A DNA stretch of 63,688 bases, the filler included, from Octopus bimaculoides (Eukaryota): assembly GCF_001194135.2 (NCBI RefSeq). It is 5 parts of 5 records of this genome, joined end to end, with 100 filler letters (N's around TTAATTAATTAA, not from the genome) between each part and the next. Parts side by side here need not be neighbours in the genome. Positions count along the whole stretch, not along the records: positions 1 to 18,801 come from NC_068988.1; positions 18,902 to 35,519 come from NC_069005.1; 3 more parts are not named here. The stretch is one strand, 5' to 3'. The translations under genes were made by a program, and so were the position numbers. A model generated the notes under the pieces. It was not told the origin of the DNA. It saw only the letters and a list, made by a program, of their open reading frames with translations, and did no database searches. This document shows positions 12,541 to 25,895 of the stretch, one piece after another (position 1 is the first letter of the stretch; every line of letters starts with the position of its first letter).

Positions 12541-12813
12541 TTGTGTCTGGGGAGAGTCATTCTCTTTTAGAGCCTTATAATTTAACACACTCACCGGTAA
12601 AGTTTCCATTTACTTATTTATTTTCCTAAAATTTTCGTTGTGTCTTGCAACCTTTTCAACTGTTGTTGACTCTGTCCGTTATTGAAAACTATTGAAAAGG
12701 TTGCAAGATGCAACGAAAATTTTAGGAAAATAAATAAGTAATGAGTGGAAACTTTACCAGAGAGTGTGTTAAATAATAAGGCACTAAAAGAGAATGACTC
12801 TCCCCAGACACAA
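12541..12813. repeat. Long inverted repeat (fold-back): about 120-bp arms, 32-bp spacer
   Basis: 12541-12659 is the reverse complement of 12692-12813 with few mismatches and one small indel. Confidence 0.95.
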
Positions 12814-12916
12814 GAGAAAATGCTTGAACACAGGAACTCACATAAAGAATCTTGCAAACCAAACCCCAAAACAAAATATAATCTAATTGACATATCTTAA
12901 ATTTTTTTTTAAAATA

Positions 12917-12949
<33 letters not shown>

Positions 12950-13254
12950 TCATAATCAACATCATCTAACGTCTGTTTTCCATGCTGGCATGGGTTGGGC
13001 AGTTTGAGACACACACACACAAACACATACATACAAAAATAGAACAAAAGCTACATTTAAACAGAACTGCAAAATAAAAAAAACATAAACAATGCAATTC
13101 AAAGAGAACAGAACTTCAAATTTCAGGAAGGAAGAAACACTTGAAAGAGACAAATTATACGCAATGCCTCTTAAATGATAAATTCAGTACAGACAATACA
13201 CAGCCTGATTACAACACTTTAACACACACACACATTCTACATATCTGAGATATA

Positions 13255-13615
13255 TCATTTTATTCTTTTACTTGTTTCAGCCATTTGATTGCAGCCATGC
13301 TGGAGTACCGCCTTGACGGATTTTAGCTGAACAAATCAACACCAGGACTTGTTTTTTAAGCCTGGTACTTATTCTATCAGTCTCTTTTTCTGAACTGCTA
13401 AGTTACAAGGATGTAAGCTCACCAACACTGGCTGTCAAGTGATGATGGCGGTGACAAACACAGACAAAAATACATAGATGTACTAACCATTTGAGCGTAG
13501 CCAATGCCAGTGCCACCTGACTGGCATCTGTGCCATGGCACATAAAAAGCACCACTTGAGCGTGGACAATGCCATGTGGTTGGGAAGCAAGTTTCTTACC
13601 ACCCAGCCACACCAT
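13255..13615 (-). mobile_element. SINE family A
   Basis: Same head and 3' end as the 6430 and 50295 copies. Confidence 0.8.
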
Positions 13616-13934
13616 CGACTACTTTAATTTCGTGATTGTTCATTTTCAAAGTCAATGGATGAAATTCTTTATAATTTTTTTATATCTCTTTTCTTTTCCA
13701 AAATAAAACCTTTAAATAATGCTTAACAATATATCTATTATGGGAATAAAACGTATGATGATCTATTAACCAATAATGCGTTTCACATAATGAATTTATT
13801 GACAATATGTTGATTCACATATTGCTGATATATTGGCTTGCAATTTCATTACCTTGTAATTAAATTACAAAATGTATTTACCATAATATAATTAATTATA
13901 TGAGATGAATTTACAATAAGCCATATTAATTCCA

Positions 13935-13968
<34 letters not shown>

Positions 13969-14094
13969 TGAGATGAAGGTGCTTGTTTTGCAACCACAAA
14001 GTTTTAGATTCAGTCCACTGTACAGCATCATCAGAAATTGTGTGGAAGCCCACCATCTGTAAATGTGTGTGTGTGTGTGTGTGAGTGCATGAAC

Positions 14095-14125
<31 letters not shown>

Positions 14126-14944
14126 TAATTAAGGGATCAGCAACAGTTGCTTCACCACATACCGAAGTTCAGAAATAGCAGCTAAAGTGCTGAAACTCCT
14201 AGAGTTTCAGCACTTTAGTTGCTATTTTTGANNNNNNNNNNNNNNNNNNNNNNNNNNNNNNNNNNNNNNNNNNNNNNNNNNNNNNNNNNNNNNNNNNNNN
14301 NNNNNNNNNNNNNNNNNNNNNNNNNNNNNNNNNNNNNNNNNNNNNNNNNNNNNNNNNNNNNNNNNNNNNNNNNNNNNNNNNNNNNNNNNNNNNNNNNNNN
14401 NNNNNNNNNNNNNNNNNNNNNNNNNNNNNNNNNNNNNNNNNNNNNNNNNNNNNNNNNNNNNNNNNNNNNNNNNNNNNNNNNNNNNNNNNNNNNNNNNNNN
14501 NNNNNNNNNNNNNNNNNNNNNNNNNNNNNNNNNNNNNNNNNNNNNNNNNNNNNNNNNNNNNNNNNNNNNNNNNNNNNNNNNNNNNNNNNNNNNNNNNNNN
14601 NNNNNNNNNNNNNNNNNNNNNNNNNNNNNNNNNNNNNNNNNNNNNNNNNNNNNNNNNNNNNNNNNNNNNNNNNNNNNNNNNNNNNNNNNNNNNNNNNNNN
14701 NNNNNNNNNNNNNNNNNNNNNNNNNNNNNNNNNNNNNNNNNNNNNNNNNNNNNNNNNNNNNNNNNNNNNNNNNNNNNNNNNNNNNNNCAACTGTTACTTA
14801 TTTTAATGACCCTGATAGAATGAAAGATCAAACTGACTGCAGTAGAATTTGAACTCAGGATGTAAAGAAGAGGAAAAAATGTCACTATGCACTTTGTCTG
14901 ACATGCTAAAAATGTAAAGCCCCCCCCCCCACCACCACCACCAC

Positions 14945-15480
14945 CTTTGGTCAGAATGATCATGAGATTGTACTTAGAAAGTTCCTCTCCGAGGCACAAG
15001 TCTGGGCAAGGTTGTTTATGGAAGGCCAGCAGTCGCCCATGTATAGCAGCCACCCATCTCCACTGGCAAAGGCCAATACAATTTGGCACCAGTGACATCA
15101 CAACTCATTTCTACAGCTGAGTGTGTATATATCTACATGAAGGGTAAAGACCCCCTTCGGTCATGAATGACCATGGGATGCACCTAAAAAGTTCCCCTCT
15201 GAGACACAAGTCCAGGCAAGATTGTTTATGGAAAACCAGCAGCCACCCATCCATACCAGCCTCTCCTCCCCAAACCACCGATGTTATCAAAGGGAAAACC
15301 AAAGGCCAATACAGCTTGGCACCATTGATGTCGCAACTCATTTCTACAGCTGAGTGAACTGGAGTAACGTGAAATAAAGTGTCTTGCTCAAGAACACAAC
15401 ACGCATCCCGGTCCAGGAATTGAACTCACTACCTCATGATTGTGAGCCCAACATTAACCACTGAGTCATACACCTTCATG
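14945..15480 (-). mobile_element. tRNA-derived SINE family C: one full copy plus an adjacent partial copy
   Basis: Head gtatgactcagtggttaatg..gttcaattcctggaccgg; central ccttccataaacaaccttgccc block duplicated. Related heads at 25730, 53690(-) and 55145. Confidence 0.8.
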
Positions 15481-18400
15481 ACATGCTAACAATACTACAG
15501 TATTAATACCCAGGATACCCCTGCAGATTCTGCTTTCGGTCACAGACTACGACACCAGATGCACTCATTTCTGGTTATGTCCATCCTAGTAATGTCTGGA
15601 ACCAATGAAATTGTTGACGCTGCAACTATTTTTGTGTTGTTTGTTAATCCCAGATCTTATCAACAAGCACTAATTTGAGATAAATAAAGAGCAAGAAGCC
15701 AGCTGAGGATGTGAGCCATGTACCTGAGACCACATTACAGAGTGGGCTGGATGCTCTTCGTGTCACCAACCCTCACCTGTTTCCAAGCGAAATTACATTT
15801 CCCCATGACCAAACATGTTTTCATGGAAGACTGGAAATGAAAGACACCACTGGCATAACAATGACACTCATTTTTATAACAACCATGTGATGTCAAAGAA
15901 AGTGTAACACACACACACACACACATACGTACATGACAGGCTTCTTTCAGTTTCCATCAACAAACTCCATTTACAAACCTTTGGTCAGCTTTGTAAATAG
16001 AAATCACTTGCCTAAGGTGTCACACAGTGGGACTGAACCTGGAACCATGTTGTTGGGAGCCAAACTTCTTAACACACAGCTACACCTCCACCTATGTAAT
16101 TTTATTAAGCCCAAGGATTTTGAGTTTAGGGTGCTGCCTTCTCAAGTAACTAACTGGAAAAAAAGGGGTCAAGATGCATATTGCATGTTTCTGATCTTTT
16201 GAAGTTCTTTGGTGGTTGTGACACCACATAAAAAGCACCGATGCTGGTACCATGTAAAAAGCACCCGTGCCGGCACCACATAAAAAGTACCCAAGCTGGC
16301 ACCACGTAAAAAAGTCCCATGCTGGTTCCACGTAAAAAGCACCCAGTACACTTTGTGAAGTGGTTGGCATTAGAAAGGTCATACGGCTATAGAAACCAAG
16401 CCAAAACAGATAATTGGAGCCTGGTGCAGCTCTCCAGCTCCTTGTCAAATTGTTCAACCCATGACAGTATGGAAAAACGAGCATCAAATAATAATGATGA
16501 CGATTCAGTTAGAGGGTTCGCTCAATATTGGAGTGTGGGTATATTATAAGAAGTGCAACTCATTAGATATAATGATGCTGCCCATTACATTCTAAAGTGC
16601 TTCATTGCTTATTTTGTGATTTGTACAGGGTACAAAAATGCTCGCCAGGATTCTGCGTTGATTTGGTTTGTTTACTATGTCATTTCCTTGTTTAGTTTCA
16701 TAGAGTTTTATTACTCTTGTATATAAAGGAATTGTGTGTTGTATTCACGGTTGTCCTTAATTTCTGCAAGTTGATCATTTCAGTTGTGTAATTAGTGTTG
16801 TATTCTTCATATTACTTGGTGATTTTCTCCCCTCCTTTCACTCCCCCTTTTCCCTCCTATTTTTACTTTCTGTATTGCAATATTTGGTGAGTCTGATAAG
16901 CGCTTCATTTATTTTATAAACTCTTAGTTTTGCCTAAGTGTTTGTTTAGCTTGGCTTATTGAAGTGTGAATATGTGATGATGATGATGATGATGGGAGGG
17001 GGGGTAGTCAAAAAGAGAGAAAGGAATTGTTTGGCATATGGTTATGGAAGCTAGAAGTGTGAAGTAAAAAGCATGACACTCGAGATTTGTCAGTGTAGTT
17101 GGTTACGTGTCGGTGCGAGTGTTTGAAGACGCAGAGGTACCATCCCTTAGTTGAGAGGTACCATCCCTTGTGTTTTCTGTGTTGTGTTAGGATCTTGTAT
17201 GTGCTGAAGGATAGTATTTGGAAGTGTGTCAATATGTTATAACCAAAGTATGTAGCCTGGTGGGACACAGGGCAAAAGATTGGTTGGTTCGTTGGTAGTG
17301 CTGTTGATAAGCTTATTATGTTAATGTTTCACTTCACTAGTTCTTAATTTAAATTTTTGTTTTTATCCGTAAAGGTAAAAATGTTTTGAAGTGTAGTAAA
17401 TTCACACTTTGGTGACCAAATTTCAATCAATGTGTTAAATAACCACGAGCAAAATGACTAGAAAGAAAAATTGATAACATTTAATGAATGGAATATCTGC
17501 ACGCTTTACCAACTTAAGACCGAACGGTTGCGCGACTGACAAACCTTACGTAAAAACTGACTTATCGAATAATTTCCTTATCACCAGTAATGACAAGGAA
17601 ACGATAAAGTACGATTTTATTCGTCTAAACACATCTAAATAAACAGATAAACACAAAGTTACATCTGTGAAAATATTCAGCTCATTAATAATGCCTAAGT
17701 ACTTTATGGAATAGACTATTCTTGTTTGCATCCAACGACAGAATGAAAATAGCCAAGTGTTTTAAACTAATTAAATTACCACGTAAATATTATACACAAT
17801 TAAATCTTAAAATCCGGGTTTAAGGAGGATGAGTGAGTGATGAGAGAGAGGTGTGAGTATGTAAAGAGGAGAGACGATAAAATTACAACAGCAAAGAATA
17901 CCTTAAATTTGATAGATTAAACTATTTTTATGATCAAGGGGGCACCAAATTGCTAAAATTCTAATTAATCTTCAACGGGTAAAAATTAAAGAGATTTTAG
18001 TGTAACATAAGGGAAATGATGGGGGCTTCTTGAAAGTCGCTTAACCCTCAGTGTTATTAAAATCAAGGATTTAGTCAACACGATGACATTAGACAGAAAA
18101 CAATAACAATGACTGTTTATAACAATGAGCAACAGACAGAGTGAAAGATGTCGACAGAGAAGAAAGGTTTAAAATGTATATAATAGACCCGCTCTACATG
18201 GAGAATCATTTGTGATTGTTTGTAGTCGGGTAATTACAGCTATAACACATAGGTGATATATCAAACACGATAGACCACCAAAATAAGAAACCCCCTTTTA
18301 TTATGACGGGGGTTAAGAAATTTAAGTGTTAGAATACAGCAACAGTTAAAAGGCGCAGTTATTAGCAACAATGCATTAATAGAAACCAAGTCTTCTATAG

Positions 18401-18801
18401 TTATCAAATATTTATTTGGCTTGTTATTTGTCAAATCAGAGAATCAGTTAAATAAATCCGTCACCACACAAGTGACTGGATCCCCCCAACAATGAAATGA
18501 ACTAAATTCTTGTTATATGAAATCCCGTAACAAATAAAGAAAAAAAAAAAAAAAGTTTCACATTTTGATATTCACTTAAAAACATGTAGCTGGCTGTCAG
18601 TCAGACAGGTGAGTTGACAAAACGAATTCCAGGTATGAAGTATATTTGATTTACACGTGCCACGAAAGTCGGTGCGTATAAACCAAGTTAACAGGCGCAT
18701 ACACGCGCGCACATAGAGGTGTGTGTGTATATATACATATATATATGGCATATATATATATATATATATATACGGCATATATATATATATATATATATAC
18801 G

Positions 18802-18901
18802 NNNNNNNNNNNNNNNNNNNNNNNNNNNNNNNNNNNNNNNNNNNNTTAATTAATTAANNNNNNNNNNNNNNNNNNNNNNNNNNNNNNNNNNNNNNNNNNN
18901 N
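18802..18901. other. Artificial scaffold linker 44N-TTAATTAATTAA-44N; also at 35520-35619, 47795-47894 and 55289-55388
   Basis: Identical 100-bp structure four times. TTAATTAATTAA contains stops in all six frames. Confidence 0.97.
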
Positions 18902-19260
18902 GTTCCAATTCCGCCGAAGTCGACTTTGCCTTTCATCCTTTCGGGGTCTTAAATAAGTACCAGTTACACACTGGAGTCGATATAATCGACTTAATCCGTT
19001 TGTCTGTCCTTGTTTGTCCCCTCTGTGTGTAGCCCCTTGGGGGCAATAAAGAAATAAGAAACGTTAGCACGCCACGCGAAATGCTTAGTGGTATTTCGTC
19101 TGTCTTTACGTCCTGAGTTCAAATTCCGCCGAGGTTGACTTTGCCTTTCATCCTTTCGGGGTCGATAAATTAAGTACCAGTTGCGTACTGGGTCGATCTA
19201 ATTGACTACCTCCCCCTCCCTCAAAATTTCGAGCCTTGTGCCTAGAGTAGAAAAGAATAT
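18902..19260 (+). mobile_element. Two tandem SINE family B copies
   Basis: ttcaaattccgccga.gt.gactttgcctttcatcctttcggggtc occurs twice, head to tail. Confidence 0.85.
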
Positions 19261-20028
19261 ATGCTTACGTACACATACAAATAAAATTAGCATAGAATTT
19301 AAGCGATTTTTTTTATTTTTCTCAACTGTATGGGGAAAAAATTGTAGTATATATATAAACAGATTCATCGTAAGTTGATAACGGATTTTTTTGTAAAAAC
19401 ACTTAAGCGTACTATTGTTAAAAAATATAATATAATGAATTATTTCAATTTGAATTTTAAGAATTTCAATTTTGATTTTAATTTCATTCTCACACACATG
19501 TATAATTACGGTTAACTATAACAGATAAAACGAATTTTTAATTAAAAATTTTTTTCTGAAATGTTACTTTTGAACAATATGATAACTTTGTCAATGCTTT
19601 TTTAACACTTTCTGACAAACAAATTTTACTTAGATATTGCCGTTACCTAATTTATAATAAAGACAAAACACAATCATAGAAGGGAAAGTGGAATCGGTAA
19701 GCTGTTCTATCAAACGAAGAAATGTAATGTTTTTAATGATGTTCGAAGAATATCACCGAACCAAACGACACCAATTCACATTGTCCCTTTATTAAAGAAA
19801 TCTAAAAATAATAGAACACCTGCATATAGACGCATGCTTGCGGACGTGTGTGTGTGTGTGTATATATGTGTGCATGTGTGTGTGCATAATATGTGTGTAT
19901 ACATAAATACACACACACATATACATAGACACATACAGGCTATGCATATGTTTATATATCTCAGTGTATATTTTTTTCCTCCCCCTTTTCTTGAATTTGC
20001 AGCTGCTCTCCATATTGTTTCTCTGTCA

Positions 20029-20497
20029 TCACTCCAGGAACGTTAATGCAGGAGTTGTAACCAGGGTGTGATGTTTTCGATAAGCGTTCGGATCATATAC
20101 GTTCTGTGACAGTTTATGTCGATCATAGTACGTCTTCAGTTGCACCAGTTGATTCACTTTCTCATGGATATCTATTATAGACTGCTGGATCAATTTCGTG
20201 TTGGACACAATATCATTAATATCTTTCAAGGAGCTGACATCACTGCCTATGACTTCCATTAACTCTATTAGTTCAAGTTTAAATTCTTTTAGGGCTTCCT
20301 TTGACTGCTCTATTTCCTCCGTCTCAGCGTCGGCTTCTTCAACCTCGTTCTGGTCCAAATTCTGAATATTATGCAGAGTCCTACGCAACACTGCATGGTC
20401 ATGCAGGTAAGTCTGCTGTTTTTTAGCAATGATGGGAAACAAAATGTTCATTTCTGCATTGAGGTTTCCAATTTCGGAGTGAATTTCCACCAGAAAC
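20029..20497 (-). CDS. CCDC63/ODAD1-like: Paralogue A, coding exon 2 (terminal)
   Basis: Acceptor ccatttctttcag|G completes the AG|G Arg codon, giving RFLVEIHSEIGNL... to TGA. 935+469=1404 nt, in frame. Homologous to paralogue B exon 2. Confidence 0.85.
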
Positions 20498-20538
20498 CTG
20501 AAAGAAATGGACAGAAGATTATAAACACACGCACACGC

Positions 20539-20580
<42 letters not shown>

Positions 20581-22091
20581 AAGAATACTACTGGTAACAA
20601 CGTGTTGCGAAGTCGGTTACTAAACTGACTCCTCCACCAGACTTGCCCGGTAGGAAACAAAAAATACTTACCAAAAGGACGGCTGAAAGCAATGTTAGGT
20701 CAATGCCTCTCTAGCAACAAGTGAACTACAAGATCAGCTTGAAGTGATGGACTTCTAGTTCTTGTTCTTCTTTATCTGTCTCGAAAAATCCTCAGATGTA
20801 AAATCTGAGGATGAGCCTGCTTCTGGTTGTCCCAGCCCATGCTAGGCCGTCAGGAGGAAAGCTAGTTAGGCGAAAAGTGAATACTTCACTCACTATTTTC
20901 AATTTCACGAGAGGAACTTCTTGGAAAGCACATTATGGACAGATGTAAAACATACAGGCTTGACCAGCCGCAAGTATGTATTTTCAAACCTGCAGGTAGG
21001 TAGTTTGGGATATTGGTTGCTTTTTATCAAAATTATGATTATAGAAAACATTCTGCAACACCTCAATGACCGTGTAGTCCTCTTTAGGGATAATAGTGCA
21101 TCCCTGTTTATCTAAATAAGGTGATCTAAAGAGATCATGTCACCCAAATTTACCAAACCCTTATAAGATGAACCGCCCAGCATTCCGTATGAGCTGCAAG
21201 TTGAAGTCTAAACTAATTACCTATCTTAGAAATCACCAGGGACAAGAAAACTAATGCTAAAAGGTACTGCCAATATTTAGGATGTGATTGAAGGCAGTGA
21301 GCTGGTAGAATCGTCACCTCATCGGAAAAATGCTTAGCAGCATTTCTTTCGACTTTTTATTCGAACACCATCGGGGTCGACTTTGTCTTTCATCCTTTTG
21401 GGGGTCGATGAAATAAGTACCAGTTGAGTACTGAGGGAGGGGGTCGATGTAACTGACTTATACCTATCTCCGAAATTATTGGCCTTCTGTCAAAATTCGA
21501 AACGAATATCTGGGATGTAGTTGTACTCGGCCTAAAGTGGACTTGCGCCATAATTATTTAAAGCAAGGTAAGGAACACTCTATCGTCTATCTTATACAAA
21601 TCTGTAGCATATTTTCTTATCCCTTTTATTGATATTCACTACGTTACACTATCTAGATGTGAATATTATCCTACAGGTTATTGCAACAAAATTTTATCTG
21701 ATGTCGATGAAGTCACTGTCAATCTTTTTTATGTAAAAATTGAGTCTTTTAAGCAATATTGAGTAATCATTTAGTTTAATGTTAAATACCTTCACATAAA
21801 AGCAAACATTAATATATGTTCGCGTGCGTGCATGCGTGTGTGTGCATGTGTGTGTGTGTGTGTGTGTGTGAAAATAAGTAGACAGACATATACGTAGAGT
21901 GGTAGATAAATGAAATAAAGTAGGAAGACAGGTGGGTTTGTCGATACATTGATAGATTGGAGAATACTCCAATGGAAATGTCTCATTAATACGCCAAAGA
22001 TAAGTTTGTATGAAAAAGTAAAACTTCGCAAACTCAGAAGACTTTGCTAATTGTACAGGCGTAATTAGACAGGAAATTAAATAATACTTAC

Positions 22092-23026
22092 CTAAAAAGT
22101 GAAAAGTTGTCACTCCTCTTGTTTTGAAAGCGACTTATTGTTGATTTTATGTCAAGATACCCGCTAACTTCTTTGATCTTTGAAAATGCTTTCATGTATT
22201 CATTTAGCTGTCGACGCCGTGTGGCCAATTCTTTCTCATTTTTCTTCAAATAAATATCCAATGAATACACTTCTCGCTCCTGCACCAACACCGAAATGAA
22301 TTCTTCAAAATTCATCGCATTGAAAGCATTCCTATCAATTTCGTTCATTTCAAATCTATAAAGGTTTTCATTGTGTTCAATTCGTTCGTTGAGGCTGACA
22401 ATTTTTGTGGTAGCTTCTTCTTTTTTACGATTTGCATTTGAAGAGATCCTCACCAGCTTTTGCATTCTGAAACTAGCATCATTGTGTAAAGCTTCAAGGC
22501 GGGAACACATCGCTTCGAAGGTATTCAGTCGACACTGCAGAGAAGACAATTCTGCTCGTAGTTTTGACAGTTCTGTGTATTGTTTTCCAAATTCAACAGT
22601 CTTCACTTGAAGCCGGTTTTCCATTAAGTGAATATATCTCTTTACTACTGATATTATTTCTTCAGACAATTCCGCATCACGTTCGTCTTCTTGAAGTTTT
22701 GTTTTTGAAATTTTCAGGCATTTGTCGAGTGTGGCTCTTTGTTCTGGTGTCAGCTGTCCGTTGACTCCATCCATGTAATTGCTTTCTAGATGATGCAAAG
22801 CGTTTATCATAGCTTGTTCTAGTGGTGGTATTTTATATGATCGACAAATAGACAAAATTAGGTCCAACTCTTCTCCTTCCGTCTTCAGGCGATAGTATTT
22901 TCTGCTCTGCCAAAACAGTGTCTTTTTGTATTTTTTCAATTGTGAGCTGGTTTCACGAAAGGCACTACCAAGTGCCTGTTGATAGTGAATCATCTGTTGT
23001 TCTCCTTTATCTAAACGTCGAGTCAT
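22092..23026 (-). CDS. CCDC63/ODAD1-like: Paralogue A, coding exon 1: ODAD1/CCDC114/CCDC63-family (DC2) outer dynein arm docking coiled-coil protein; spliced product about 467 aa
   Basis: 312-codon ORF ending at a phase-2 donor AG|GTAAGT. Motifs IHLMENRL, ELSKLRAEL, SSNANRKKEEATTKIVSLNER and YMKAFSKIKEVSG..NFSLF match the DC2/ODAD1 pattern (IRILENxL, LREEL, STSAYxxREEAxxKM, YExAxxKI..NFxxF). Confidence 0.85.
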
Positions 23027-23959
23027 TTTGATTGAACCTTGCTGCGTGTGAGTGTTCTGCTACTAGTATAGTAAATTGTACAATCGGTAGTAGTAGTAGT
23101 AGTAAACTACACACTATTAAATGTACCCATTTTTATTTTCTCCCTGCAATTAAAATCTCTACTGGCCCAACCTCTATTGTCACAGCTTCTACGGTCACCC
23201 ACCCTACTGTGATCCTTTGTTACCCACCCTACTATCAAGACCTCTACCCCCCACAATAACCACTGTCACCTACACCTTACTATCGTCCATTCTAATGTGA
23301 CCTTTGGCCCATACGCTGCCTCCGCAATTCCTTACTCACTCTGCTCTCACGTTACCAAACATCAATTTCTCTTCCGGCCGCTTCTCCCCTTCAGCTTTAT
23401 ACTCTTTGTTCTCGATCTGCAACAAAAAATGATTCAGTTACTTATATATCATCACAGAAGATTGACTAATTAATACATACTCCAATTCTCCTTGCTTTGT
23501 TGTCCACCAGAAAGACAAAATCTTACTAATATAATAACTTTTGCATTCTACTTTATGCAAATGATGACCTTGTGCCAAATGAAAGAGAAATCATTTGTCT
23601 GTAAGTCAAATGTTCCGTGAGTCTACGCCCTGTTTTCAAATCATACTGAGGTCGACTTTGCCATTCAATGAAGGATTGCGCAAATAAGTAACAAGATATT
23701 TAATGGAGCAGGCGGAGTCGATTATACATCCTCAATAAATCTGAGACTTGGTGCATGGTTTTAGAAATTGCCATTACCGTAATTGGAAAGCGTTATAAAG
23801 CGATATTAACTCCTTCAGTTAACAATGTTTAAATTCCTAGTAGAAACTATTTCACATTTCTTCTCTCTCTCTCTCTCTCTCTCTCTCTAATACACGCATA
23901 CACACACGTGAAAAAAGAAAGAGTGAAACTGAGAAAGAGAGTGGGGAGAAATACAAAGA

Positions 23960-24004
<45 letters not shown>

Positions 24005-24284
24005 AGAGAGTGTGTGTGTGACGCACATAGTTGCACAAACGAAAGAGAAGAGTACTCGGGACACATAGAAGTTAGATATATCAGAGGGTCTCTAAGGTCG
24101 AGCCGCTAATTTTCCGCATTGAGAGGTTACAGCTCCGGCACTATGGATATGTGATTAGAATATAGCAGGGAAGAATCGGAAGATGGGGCCTGCAAGCCAA
24201 GTTAACCAGAAAGTGTAATGATGATTTCTTATTATAAGACCCTAGGGAGGAAGTAACTAGGGACGGTATTTACATAAAATATCG

Positions 24285-24318
<34 letters not shown>

Positions 24319-25729
24319 ACACACACACACACACACACATAAAGTAATGATCGTTAATATGATAACTGTAAGACAATTATCAATTTAAAATACGTACGTA
24401 GAAATAAAAAAAAATAGTTGCGTACCTCTCTTCACTTTTGAATGACTATGTAAAGTGGCGGTCTTTATTGTAGTTCTACGGATCCAGTAACAAGCTGAGC
24501 TCCCTGTATGCACTTTATTGCACAGACAAGGGGTTAATATGAAGGGAAGTTAAGAAAGAGAAGTTAATGTGTGTTTTACCTGACTCTGTTTCTAATTTAC
24601 TCCTTCACACGGTGACGTTTCTATTGAGCCTGATGTTCAAAATTGCATCAAATGCCTATATTTTAAACCGTTTGAATGAGACCAAACAGCGTTCTATGCA
24701 GGTTTAAACGCTTACGTTTTAGTAACTAGCTTGTTGCACAATTATGTGACCACTTACTTTGCTTTGTTTTATTTAATAATAATGTCTTTATAAAATTGTT
24801 TCAGAATGTTAATCACTGTGGAAATAATATCGCCTAATAGTGCCAAATATTGGAGTCGATAAATTAAGTATCAGTTTCGTACTGGGGGCCGATCTAATCG
24901 ACTGGTCCGCTCCCCAAAACATTTCGGGCCTTGTGTCTAGAGTAGAAAAGAATATTTATATGAAAGAATCTAAGTCTTGCGGAGAGCTGTGTCCATAGCC
25001 TCCTAGATGAGCAGTTTCTTCGATATCCCAATGGTTTCCTCGGACTCTGCTCATGTTACTGACCTGGTTGGTATTTTTCTTCTGTCTCAAATAAACCAAC
25101 ACTTCCCTAACCTATCCACCGTATTTGCTAGATGATGGGAAATGTTTATCAGGGGAAATGGACAATAATTTGTTCGGTGTAAATAATTTGTACAATAATA
25201 CATAATTCTCAATAATTATACTATAATTGATTTAATATGAAACGATTAATTATACAGAACTATCCAATCAATGGACGCTAAAATACTTATACAATGAAAA
25301 CACGCGTTGGAATCTTATATCTTGGAAACTTTTAATTAAAAATGTATAATTCTCCATTCTTTATTGTCTTTCTAATATACTCACGAATTTTACACGAAAT
25401 CCTTCAGACCGAACTCAGGATTTACCATTCGAAACGCGTACAACTGTAATAATTTATTCGACACAATCCCTAATTTTTCCTGCGGTTCTATACGGTTAGC
25501 CAAGTTCAGGTTTCACCAGAGTTTCTAGTAAGGCATTTGCCTAGATTTTAAAGTCCCTATTCCTTTATGTTATACTCTAATATTTATGGGTGTCGGATGT
25601 ATCATTACTATTACTACCCAATAAAGAATATATGAGAACTCTTATTGGTAAAACCAACTCCTTTACCCGCCACATGAAATGGTGCGAGTATCACTTTGAC
25701 AAGAACGGTGGTAGGCTAGTCAATAGAAG

Positions 25730-25895
25730 ATTCATGGCTCAGTAGTTAGAGCATCGGGCTCACAATCATGAAGTGGTCAGTTCGATTCCCGGATCCGGCT
25801 GTGTGTTGTGTTCTTGAGCAAGACACTTTATTTCACGTTGCACCAGTTCACTCAGCTGTAGAAATGAGTTGCGACGTCTCTGGTGCCAAGCCGTA
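25730..25895 (+). mobile_element. SINE family C head (tRNA-like A/B boxes)
   Basis: tggctcagtagttagagc..gttcgattcccgg followed by family body sequence. Confidence 0.8.

Noticed and set aside
14199-15101. Long ORFs running through N gaps (also 27937-29162, 45973-46464, 49315-50040, 52678-53709, 60930-62238)
   Set aside because: Open only because N codons contain no stops. The real part of ORF 27500-29194 is exon 27500-27965.
16220-16350. Short repeats (accac.taaaaagcacc) that superficially resemble a CRISPR array; likewise the 98-bp array
   Set aside because: Eukaryotic context, no unique spacers, no cas genes; internal SINE repeats and a minisatellite.
22371-22764. Plus-strand ORFs overlapping paralogue A (and 30051-30254 over paralogue B; 27712-27903)
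   Set aside because: Antisense shadows of the real coding exons.
25730-25800. tRNA-like sequences with A/B boxes (also 52320-52388 and family A heads)
   Set aside because: They continue into SINE bodies and lack a proper acceptor stem; SINE heads, not tRNA genes.
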